Shown: positions 37,030-47,229 of the stretch, piece by piece
Position numbering within the stretch: the stretch's first letter is position 1
How the letters are laid out: every line of letters starts with the position of its first letter
Source of the DNA: Takakia lepidozioides
Taxonomy: Eukaryota; Plantae; Bryophyta
Direction of reading: 5' to 3'
Length of the DNA stretch: 64,000 bases
NCBI GenBank assembly: GCA_030704615.1
Contig: CM060731.1
Span: 21,700,001-21,764,000 of the forward strand
Translations under genes and position numbers: made by a program
The notes under the pieces: generated by a model
Seen by the model: the letters and a program-made list of their open reading frames with translations, nothing else
Databases searched by the model: none
Told to the model about the DNA's origin: nothing

Positions 37030-37980
37030 CAAGCTGACAATCCAGGTCAAGCAATTGAGATCCATTGCTTGCCCCAACACCTGACGACGTGATGCCTCAG
37101 AAAGAGAAGGCACCGCCGTGGTCCCAGTGGAAAACCCATAGCCCGCTCTCGCTCGTCGGCATTAGGCTCCACTAACTGCTGCAACTGAGCATCCCACAGG
37201 AGGCCAGGTCCACCATCCCGAAAAGCATGGGATCCTGGGAAGCTGAGCAGTGTAGGTAATGCTGCTCGTGGTTGACCCACCCTGTTGACCACTGCCAAAG
37301 GCGAACGGTCATCGTGTCTCACACGTTGAGACTGCCTTCCTGTGTCCAAAATGCCATCCACGGTGAGGTGTGCTGGCCGCTGCACCCCATCAAATGCACG
37401 CTTGAGCAGTGCGGGTGGCATCAAGTTAGTCCACCATAGTCGTGGACGATGAGCCCGTGACCCCACTGCAGCTGCATCCAGCAATACTGCTGACCCAAGC
37501 CACGACCGGACTTGATGCACACTGGCCATCACCCTGGCCCGAGAATCACCCATCAGTGGTACATTCTCCAAGATGTATGCTGGAGATACAGCTTGATGAA
37601 GCTGCAAGCAGCGCAAAATCCGCACCATCTCCCAAAACAGACCCGTCCTCGAGTCTCGCAATCCATTGCCATGCCCGGCTGATGAATGCCCTTGGCAGGG
37701 CCAACCTGCCACTATCAGATCAATGGAGCCAACCTGCTCCAAATCTTGCGCCCCCAACAAGGAAATGTCTGCTGGCAAGGCTTGTTGGTATCCACGAACT
37801 GCAGACACAGGCAACAAGTCAGGGTACTGCTGTACCAACTGAGCCACATGGCGCAGTGAGACGCGTCGTGCAGTCTCATCCCTCTCCACATACAGGTAAC
37901 GCCTTACCCGCACACCTGCCTGTAGCACAGCAGCCAATCCGGTGCTGATCCCGCCAAACAAGTCCAGAAGGCAAATGCCT
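37030..37980 (-). CDS. DNMT3-like C5 cytosine methyltransferase domain within the polyprotein
   Basis: Motif I LDLFGGISTG, II YVE, IV IVAGWPCQ, V GLFWE, VI ILENV, VIII AHRPRLWWTNL, IX ERAMGFP; after a 1-bp shift, motif X SRRQVLGQAM. Canonical non-permuted order. Confidence 0.92.
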
Positions 37981-39074
37981 TCATCCGGCCGCTGCCACAC
38001 AAGAGGTGTGGTGTCCAATGGCGACAACTGAGGTGGCCCTGGTGCAATCACCGCACTCTCCTCCTCTCCTGACGGTACAAAAGCTTCTACCCAAGCTTGT
38101 TGCACCCGTCCATCAGCAGCTTGCTGCAAATCCTTGCTCGTACCCCACAACGGAGTGTGAGCAACCATGGCAGGCAACTCCGCCGTACCATGCATGTCAT
38201 CCTGCTCTGCTGGAGGTGGCACATCCTCTGCATGGGCATTGCCTTCCAGCAACTCTCCAGGCCAACTAACTGCAGCTGTGAAGGCGGCTAGTGTTGGCAT
38301 CTTGCCCCGCTGGGCAGCTGCAATACCCCCAATGAATGTCACAGGGAGCTGTGCACGGCGACCATCCCCTGACTGCCATCCAGGCCTGTAGGATGCTGAC
38401 TCCTCCCAGAAATCCAGGGTGAAGCCCATGGGGTATAACACTGCCCCACCAACGAGGACATCGTAAGAGACCGCGTCTGTCACAATGGCCTTGGCTCGCA
38501 TCACTGAGCCATCTACAGGATGATCCGGCTGCAGTCTAATAGCCAACTGATGCCGTGTCATGCCGCGAGCCTGCTCTGATCCTCCCAGAGATGTCTGTAT
38601 CTGGAAAGGACAAGGCTCCATATCCGCCTCCATGAGGCCCAAACCTGCAATAGCAGCTCTGCCCAACATCAGTGGCTGAGCTCCTGAGTCCAACAAGACC
38701 CGCAGTGGCCGGTACTTCTTGCCTGCCGGTCCACTCAAAGTGAAAATGCCTCCCTGGTTGTCTAACAAGACAACTCCAGGTGTCACCATGGCGCGCTCAA
38801 TGGCTGGCCTAGCTGGCAGCTCCGTCAACCTGGCAGCTGCAACTTGCCATGGCGCAGCCGTGGCAGTCTTGACCCTCAAATCCGAGGATCCCTCTGCCAC
38901 TACACCTTCCACTAACTCCGCAGAAGATGAAGTGACCTCCCCACTCTCACAGAGAGTTGCTGCTAGTCTGAACACTGCAGCTGGTCTCACCCCCGGCGTC
39001 GCAATCATGGTTGCCGAGAACAGTGGGGCTTGACACACAGAGGTGGCTGCTCCCCAATAACACACCGGCTGCAC
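37981..39074 (-). CDS. Aspartic protease region of the polyprotein
   Basis: VLLDSGAQPL active site and YDVLVG C-terminal motif, in the same ORF (37047-39074) as the methyltransferase. Confidence 0.85.
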
Positions 39075-40928
39075 TAGCCTTGGTAGCAGGTGTCAGTGCT
39101 GCACGTGTAGCTCTCCCCAATGGCATAGTAACCTCCGCCTCGGTAACAGTCGGGCGAGAACTAGGTGCCATGGATGGCGTTGACACTGTCTCCGCCAAGG
39201 TGAATGACTGAGGCAGCCTCGCCTGACGGCTTGCCTCCCCACGTTGTGGATCCAACTCCACCTCTGCACCTCGTGGCTCAGGAACTCGTGCTGCTCCTCG
39301 AGTCACGGCTGCAGCAGACTCCACCTGCTCTAGTGGTAGTGCTGCTCCGCACATGAATCCCATGCCTCCCATATCTCCTCCCTCAGGAGCAGGAGGTGGA
39401 CCATCCCGCCTGGGAGCCGGTACCACCTGAGCTATAGCCATGGCGAGCCTCTGCTCTAGCTGCTGAAGCCGATTGGCCATGCCTTGGTCAACACCCTGAC
39501 CTCCGCGTCCTTGGCCATGTGGAGCTTGCCCTTGGCCTGCACCTCGTGCCCGACCACCTCGTCCTCTTTGGGCTGGTCCACCTCGCCCCCGGCCACCATT
39601 GTTCCCTTGGAACTGGCCTGGGCGCAACTCAGGATGCAAGTCATAACACTGGGCATCTACATGCCCATACTTGCCACAATGCCCACACTGCAACTGTGCA
39701 GGCTGTGCTTGTGCCGGCCTTCTGCCATTCTCTGGGCAATCTCTTTGACATGGGGTCCTCCACATGTCCAACATATCACCCCTGGTTGCTGTTGGCCTGC
39801 AAAAGATGCCACGGGCCTCTGCACCTGAGGTCCCCTGTAAGCTCCATGGAACTTGGGCTGGGCAACCTTGCCCCCCTGACCACGCTGTTGGGCAGTCCCT
39901 TGTGCCTGTGGGCTGACAGCTGTGCCCCGTACAGGCATGTCCTTGCCAAATCCAATTGTAACAACTCGCTCCTCCACCATGTTGAGCTCAATCCGCTCAG
40001 CCAGCAGAAACACATCTGCTAATGTGGGTTGGGCTGCTTGTAACAGGGTTGCATCTCGCACCCTTCTCTTGAGCTCCTTGTCCAGAATTCCATACCAAAA
40101 CTGGATTGCCTGAGCTTCAGTAACCCCTTGGGTCACACTTATCAAGCGCCTCATACGAGTGTACGCCTCTCGCAGGCTCTCACTGGGTTTGCGCTGGAAG
40201 TCTTGCAAACTTCGCAGCTTCTCTGTCCGTACACCTTGGTAGTTCCTCCGCAACTCCTGGAAGAACTCCACCACCGGGTTGAATCTAGGCACATGTGTTG
40301 TAGTTGTGGCAGGAGGAGTAGTAGCACCTTTTGAACTGGTACCACCTGCAGAAGTACCAGCACTACCTGCTCCACTACTAGTGCTGGCAGTGGGAGCTAT
40401 TGGTACTGATGCAGCTACTGGTCGCGTCGTGCCTCGAGTAATGGAGACGTAGTCAGGTGACCAATACATCCTCCACTCCTCAATCTCTGCTTCATGTCCT
40501 CGCCTGAACTCGTGGTAATCGTCCATAGGCGGGCCTTCCAAATGCTGGAACAGTCCCTTCCACGCCATGAATGGGGTGAATAGCTGTGGATTGCGCATCT
40601 GCTGCAAATCACACCAGCTGTCGAACTCCTGGATAAAGTCATCCAACTCGATTGTGCCCACAGCTCCAGAGTACCTACGAGGCCCCTTGGTAGCTCCATA
40701 CATCTCCTCCATGTCGTCCCACAACAATGGCGAATGAAAGTGCACACCTGTTGATGAAGCCTCCGAGTCTGTGTCTGACTCTACAGTAATTGAGGGTGGC
40801 GGTGAAGGTGGTCTGAACCGAATACCTCGTCTTGTGAACCCACTCTCACTGTTACTGCCTGTAGCCGTACTCCCCTCAAAACCCTTGGGTAACTCCGTAA
40901 TGACACTCACAATGTGCACCTCCTCCAC
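39040..40928 (-). CDS. gag: gag with two zinc knuckles and an RGG-rich stretch (two 1-bp frameshifts)
   Basis: Retrotransposon gag-like LQDFQRKPSESLREAYTRM; CWTCGGPHVK/RDC across a frameshift; CGHCGKYGHVDAQC; GGRGRGG. Confidence 0.82.
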
Positions 40929-42451
40929 GTGACACTATAAGGCTCTAGTACTAATCTAATAGTGACACGGGTGGGCACCTGTTGCAGTTTTAAGGGTCAT
41001 ATCCCAATGGCTCAGGGCACCTGCACCTGCATCCACCGCAAGAATCCTATGGTTGGCTGGTCATCAACCCAGCCTCACCATAGAAGAAACACTGGTGGTC
41101 TTGCTGGTCATCACTCCCAGCCTCACCACCGACAGCATACTCTAGGATTGACGGGTGATCAAATCCGGGCCTAATCCCTATGGAAAGCAAGCGCCCACCA
41201 AAACCAACATGGCGCACAGTCAAGCATGCAGGTGTTGGGGGGGATCCAAAACACAAGAAATCAAAACATCAACACCCCCACACCAAAATCCAGCTTGCAA
41301 TGCTGATCCTGCAGAATATCCCAGCCCAAAACCCCGGACTGACTGGCCTCCACCAAGAGAGGCTTTGGCAACTACAAGTACAGGTAATGAAAATAGTACA
41401 GAGATGGAGGGGAAGAATAGAAGCCCGACCAAGCAAGATCTAATCCTGATCTATGCTATCAACTGCCAGACTCTCTCAAAGTGCCTCGCTCTGCATGATG
41501 GTAAGGTGTAGGAGGTATATCTATGTCCAGAAACCTGCCACTAACCTTGTCCCAAGCTACAGTAGCTCGCTCTAACCACCCTCCTCCTCTGTCTGCCAGG
41601 TAGAGACAAAGCAATACTCCCATTATCTCCCGCTCACTGAACACTAAAGAAAACAAAGGTAGGGTGATAGTCTCTCAACTCGAAAAGCTTGAGACGGTGC
41701 GGGTGTCCTCATTGCGAATGACTGCATCTCCTTCACGCACAACAAACATGTCATTGCTGATGAACCCCGCTCGTGGTTGCCCCTGTGTAGAGTGTATCGG
41801 CTGCAACCATGTCTGATTGCACAAACTTGTGTAGCTCCTGCTCCTCTGCTCCAGTACACCACGGCCTTGTGGCTGAAACACCTTGGTCCCGGGGCTGTCT
41901 TGGCTGTGTTCCAAGCCTAGCTTTCACCCACTTTGGTATTTCACCTACAGCTGCAGAACTGCTGGCTCCAACAGAGTTCTGACTGTCCAAGGCGATATTG
42001 AGGCCCTCAATGCCAACTACAGCAGTCTGTTGTCTATTGCTAATGCTGACTCCCAGTATTGCAATCAACTCGTCCAACTGTTCTCCACTCAAATCAGTCT
42101 GAGTTCCTTGGGAAACATAAATCCTGTCCCCTTGTGTACACAGGCTAAGAGAAGAGACCTGCCCTTCAATTACGTCCTCATTTCCCCCCAGCCATGCAAG
42201 GAGTACATCCACAGATTTGTCTCTCATAGACCAGCACAGGTTCTAGAGACAGGATTGTGGATCTTTTATGGCAACACTCACACTCTCTAAAAATTCCATA
42301 GATTTTTAGCAGAGTCCAAAAACAGAAACCAGGTCTAGGTAGGTAGATTTCCCCTTTCTGCAGCTATCTTCCCAAAAACTGAGTCAAACGGAGTCCATCT
42401 GACAAAGATATGACCAACCAAGCTCTAAATCATTTGAATTAGATCAAAAAA

Positions 42452-42482
<31 letters not shown>

Positions 42483-42780
42483 AACGCCAAAACGTTCTCA
42501 CCATTAAAAACTGTTCCCAGGTTATCTACAGGTTCCGAACATGTTCATGTAGTTCTCTGTTGTTTTGGGGTCGCCTCGCCATTACCACGGAGCAGCTCGA
42601 TTTGTTGGACTCCGATCGGCTTCTCCTCCATGATGGACCGCGTTGCGCTTCGTCATCCCTCAGCTGCATTTGTTCAGGTGTCCGTCCCACATACTTATCA
42701 TTGCTGACTCTCAGGTCGTTTCCCGTAAGTTCCAGCTCGCATGGAGGGAGATTACCGGCAGCCTGCACTTAAACTCGACT

Positions 42781-43058
42781 GCCTCCCTGATACCATGCTG
42801 TGGATCTGACCAGTACTCAATGCTTTATGCAGACACATATTGATCCGCGTAGTCGGTCGCGAACGGCAAGTCCTCTGCATCCCCTTCAATAATCGTGCAC
42901 TCCTTGAGAGGTGCCTTCTCCTTTGCTTTTAGCAAGCTGGTGAGGAGATTGATCCAGAATGCTCACATTATTGGCATCCACAGTTTTTCCAATCCCCAAT
43001 GTGGCGAATCCCGTGCCGCCACCAACATCTACCACCACCAAGGTAGGATCATCGAGGC
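42781..43058 (-). pseudogene. VTE3: Captured VTE3 (MPBQ/MSBQ methyltransferase) fragment, middle part
   Basis: Manual translation LDDPTLVVVDVGGGTGFATLGIGKTVDANNVSILDQSPHQLAK/AKEKAPLKECTIIEGDAEDLPFATDYADQYVSA*SIEYWSDPQHGIREA. Confidence 0.9.
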
Positions 43059-43105
43059 AAATCTGAAGTAAGTTAGGCTGTTTTTGAATTGGGTTTTATT
43101 CAGCG

Positions 43106-43506
43106 ATGGCAATGGCTGCAAGGATGGCCGCACCATCGTTGCAATGGCAGTGGAAGCCCGGTGACAGTTGTGGACAACCAACAAAGGCTTTGCTCGGGAT
43201 ATCCTGCAGGTTTGAGCTCATCATCATGCTTACATAGGTAGCGTCGACAGGCTTGTTGCTCAGCGGGCAATTATAAGCCAAGAACTGGAGCGTGCATGTG
43301 AGCAGAAGGAGAAATAGTAGCGGTCTTCGATTGCGGGCTGTCAGTGCAGACCAAAGCGTCTCAAGGCCTGCGTCGCAGCTGCGGTTCATCCAGCACAAGC
43401 AGGAGGCATTCTGGTTTTACAGCTTAGTGTCTGTATTGTACGACCATATCATAAACCCTGGGCATTTGGGCGGAGGACATGCAGGAGGATACTCTAGAAC
43501 CAGCAG
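43106..43506 (+). pseudogene. VTE3: Captured VTE3 fragment, N-terminal part including transit-peptide region
   Basis: MAMAARMAA...SVSRPASQLRFIQHKQEAFWFYSLVSVLYDHIINPGH/AEDMQEDTLEPA, with stops and a frameshift. Confidence 0.9.
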
Positions 43507-44415
43507 ATGGACTCCACAGGAGCAACGGTGGCCAGAGCACATAGGAGAGCTTTAGCAAGCTTGGTGGAGCTGACAAAGTCACCAACAATTATCATTGTCT
43601 GATTCTGCAGTTGCTGCAAGGGCCTCTCGTCGTCCAGTGGCCATGGCAACGGGAAATCTAATGGCATCCATTGCTGCTGCAGATACTTAGTATCCAAGCC
43701 TCTGTGATCACATCTGTGCATAGGGGACGACGAAGGTCAGGCTTTTGCGAACAAGAGAGCAGGGAAGAAGAAAACAGCTTCAATTTCTTGCTTTATACTT
43801 AGGACCAGCCGATGGAGCTCCCTGCCCATTCTAGCCTGTACATCCTCGTCAGCATCGTTGCTGGAGGGCTCAACCCAAGCACCCAGTTGGAATGTGCGCT
43901 CAGCTATGACGTTGGCTTCCCCAACAGCCCCTTCTCAGGAGAAGAGCCACAGTCCAGAAGCTTCGTGTGTTGATTCCCTGGATTACTGGCCTGATAGCAC
44001 TGTTTTAACCCACACCTGCGTAAGGCAAGCTCGTCGCCGATGACACTGTGAACCTGACGAACTAATGCCGCCGGATCACTTATCCAACAGAGCGCATCTG
44101 CCTTTCGGAAGTGGAGACCCTTGATATATGCGTAAAGAACCACCGGTGCCTCCGACATAGGAAGGCCTTCGATCACATGCAAACTAGGGGCAGGCATAGG
44201 AAAACCAACGACAAGTTGATGATCAATCGCAAGGCTAGAATCTACCACAGAAACCTGCAGCTCAAGTTTTAACCAACATAGAGCCCCCGTCTCTCTTACT
44301 TTCAAAACAAAAACCACAAGTGCTAAAACTAAACTCACCTCTGGCACTCACAGATGCAAGCTGATCTCTCTCGAGTGATAAGAAAGCTAAGGACACACAC
44401 GATGCAAAGCATGAA

Positions 44416-44722
44416 AACCAAACCATCACTCTTAGAAATAGAAGTCGAGCCAGGGGCACCCCAAGCTATGGGGACTCCACCCCACAACAACCTACACTCC
44501 CATCATAAGCACACTCAGATCTAAACGCATGAAGGAGCTCGGTCGCGCAGGCTCAACTCGAGAGAGATGAGCTGCGCGACTGCCGCTCTCGTGAAGATAA
44601 GACAGACCAGGTGTCAAACTAAACTTGACACCTGATTTAACACTTGACCTAAATCCAAGTGTTAAATACAAATAACTAGTTTTATTCTAGCTGTTTTCAC
44701 ACTGTGCTTATTTAACTTGACA
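44416..44722. repeat. Split direct repeat B, copy 2 (5' terminus of the element)
   Basis: Identical to 32969-33275; not accompanied by repeat A. Confidence 0.95.
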
Positions 44723-45466
44723 ACATGAAGACTGTTGGAAGCCCTGCTGTAGAAAACCTTGCTACTCATTTGCTACGATTCACAAAGAGCTTACATTCCA
44801 CCTCGCATAAGCTCAAAAACAATACTAGGAGTATGCAGACCAACGTCGCCAATTCCAACTCTAGTTCAAGGTCGGAGATTGGGTGTGGTTTCTTCAACGG
44901 GACATACAAACCTCGCGACCATCAAGGAAGTTGGATTATCAACGTCTGGAACCACTCAAAATTATTCGACAAATAAATCCAGTCTGTTTTCGGCTTGAAC
45001 TCCCACGAAGTATGCGCATCCATCCAGTCTTTCATCTTTCATTAGTGGAGTTGTATCATCCATCGAATATTCCAGGGAGAGTCTCCGTACCACCTCCACC
45101 AATCGAAGTCAATCAGGAAATTGAATATGAAGTTGACGAAGTCGTAGACTCTCGCATCAAGTATAAACGTCATGAGTATTTCGTACATTGGAAAGGCTAC
45201 GACATCAGCGAACGATCGTGGGAACCTTCATCCAACCTCGTCAATGCATCTGACAAAGTCCAAAAATTTCATCAACGATATCCAGCTAAGCCCCGAGCTA
45301 CACGTCAATAAGACGTCACAACGATGATGTCAGTCAAGTTAGCTTCAAGGTGAAGACTCCACATTCAATGTACCTGATACACATTAAGGAGGGAGGAGCA
45401 CCACACATCAGTATATATAGTTATACTTCCAGCACTTCCAGCACTCTTGCATCTTGTATTGGCAAC

Positions 45467-45904
45467 ATGGAGTCATAGGAACCAGATACATTGGAGTTGT
45501 CGCTTACCCAACTACCAGATCAGTCGTTCCGACTCTCACGACCTTCAACATCACGCTGACGATCTCGAGACGATGGGCCACCAATGCGACGCGTACTTCC
45601 TCGTCTGGACCCCGTACGACGGCAAGTGGAGCCTACTCGAAGTTTGATAATTCTGTTGGAGGTTGAGGCTTCGGACCCAGAGGACAACGAAATCATGTTT
45701 GAAGGCAGTTTCGAAAATCAGAATGCTCAAATCACTGCGTGGTCCGAAGTTCAAGGTGTTGGATACTATCGATGGTTGCAGGGACCTATAAATCATTTGA
45801 GACAAGAACGAAGAGTCGAATACTTGGCAAGCACCATTCGCCGGATTTTCTCCAATTCTAAGCAAGTCCAAGATTTTACCGCTCCTCGAGGAACTCGGCG
45901 CTAG
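45467..45904 (+). pseudogene. Extra ORF between chromovirus pol and 3' LTR (145 codons, two premature stops)
   Basis: ATG at 45467 is in frame with ORF 45584-45904; internal TAG and TGA; TATATATA box at about 45412. Confidence 0.5.
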
Positions 45905-45916
45905 AGGAGGGGGTGA

Positions 45917-46552
45917 TGTCACGGATATAGCCCAGAGGAACTTACCAGAAGTTACCAAGTTACCGAAAGTTACCATGATTTACCGTGATTTACCATGATC
46001 TATCATGATTTACCATTACTTACCAAGTTACCGGAAGTTTACCAAATTATCAAGAGTAATTTGAGAAACTGCTCAAGAAGCTTCCTTTGGAGGAAACTTC
46101 TCCATCAAGATACCTCTTTTGTTTAAGGAAGCTTCTTCATCAAGAAACATTTGCTTAATCGTTGAAACTTCTCCATCAAGAAACTTTCATATGAGAAGCT
46201 TTCTTAGGGAACTTTTTAGTAGCCAGTATATATAGGAGGCGAGATTTGACACTCTTCAGTCTCGCCAACACAAGTTCAAGCTACTCTTGTTCCCAGTCCC
46301 AATACTCCAGTCCAGCTTCCAGTACTCTAGTCCAGTTTCCAATATCTAGTACGCTAGTCCAATTTCCAGCATTCCAGTATTCGAGTCGAGTCCGAGTCCC
46401 AGTATCTTGTACTCTTGTCCATTGTTATAAAGATCATCTTGATTCATGTTTACCCACCATGCATTCGGCCACGTCGACCTTGTCTTCGTGTCTAGTCTTG
46501 TACCTTTAGTCTGATATCTTGTTTGTGTTCAGTCATGTTCTCGTCCTTGACA
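45917..46552 (+). repeat. 3' LTR of the Tcn1-like element
   Basis: TGTCA...TGACA immediately after the PPT; internal ttacc and tccag short repeats; TATA at about 46227. Confidence 0.88.
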
Positions 46553-47229
46553 GATAGTGACTATAGTGATGTCACTAAAGTACTCGAAGCAGCTGTGGAG
46601 GGTATATGCAGGACTGGGTGTCTCAGTTTTTGTGTAACATGACAGTTTCTGCAGTGACCTCCCTCCATGGTTTTACCCATATTTGTCCAACAACTCAATA
46701 TTATGGTTTCTAACTACAATAGGTATGTGTACCAATTGTTAGATTGCAAAAACAATCATGTACCATAGAACCATGGACTTTTAAAGTTGATTACTGGGGA
46801 GTGCGGGTGTTACACATAAAATCTTATGGACTGAAAAAACATCATGTACACTCATACACTGGCACAAAGGAAAACACACTAGGGGTGTTATTTTTAAATC
46901 CAACCCAAATCCACTTTTATATGGACTAGTTATCTTAAGAATTGAGAGCTATGGACTATTTTGCATATAAAAACATGTTGATTTGCTCTAGTCCATAGCA
47001 TCTTATGTTTTGGGTTTTTGAGGTATCGTCTTTAATTAAAAAGGCATACAAACCTATAATCTAGAGGTGTCACGTGGTATATGGAGAAGTGGTTGTAAAC
47101 TCTAGATTTTGACGTCTAAATGTTTTTTTTAATTAAATATTAAAATATCTAGTAAAGAATGTTTTCAATATTTGAGGAAAATAAACTGAAAGCAATAGAC
47201 TAAAATAAAATAAAATTCCATAGACTTCC

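Larger units (their letters stand above)
32721..44722 (-). mobile_element. Ty3/gypsy-type retroelement encoding a C5 DNA methyltransferase and a PHD finger, bounded by split direct repeats
   Basis: Termini TGTC...GACA; 4-bp TSD ACAT (32717-32720 / 44723-44726). Removal restores the host integrase frame HPRANPFH-MKTVGSP. Domain order PR-RT-RH-INT. Confidence 0.95.
29316..46552 (+). mobile_element. Tcn1-like Ty3/gypsy chromovirus, 5'-truncated and decayed; split by the 32721-44722 insertion
   Basis: gag (LRQG, DPMQID, CIYCGEENHIALNC), protease FLDSGAS, RT ([11 protein letters not shown]), RNase H (EADASDFALGA, DALSR), integrase, and chromodomain EYEVDEVVDSR..YFVHWKGY..SWEP (45120-45290). PPT GAGGAGGGGG. 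No matching 5' LTR found. Confidence 0.92.

Noticed and set aside
37030-37980. Host DRM/CMT gene or bacterial contamination as the source of the methyltransferase
   Set aside because: Intronless, fused in frame to the protease, non-permuted, lacks UBA/BAH/chromo domains, and lies inside a TSD-bounded element in clearly plant DNA.
33494-40334. Numerous plus-strand ORFs overlapping the retroelement polyprotein
   Set aside because: Antisense shadows of GC-rich coding sequence with no domain motifs.
42787-42795. CA-TGGTATCAG on the minus strand, resembling an LTR end plus tRNA-iMet PBS
   Set aside because: It lies within VTE3 codons (H-G-I-R), matches only 9 nt, and is 1.6 kb from repeat B.
32721-44722. 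Classifying the element as DIRS/Ngaro because of its split repeats
   Set aside because: It has an HHCC-DDE integrase, TG..CA ends and a TSD; no tyrosine recombinase motifs were seen.
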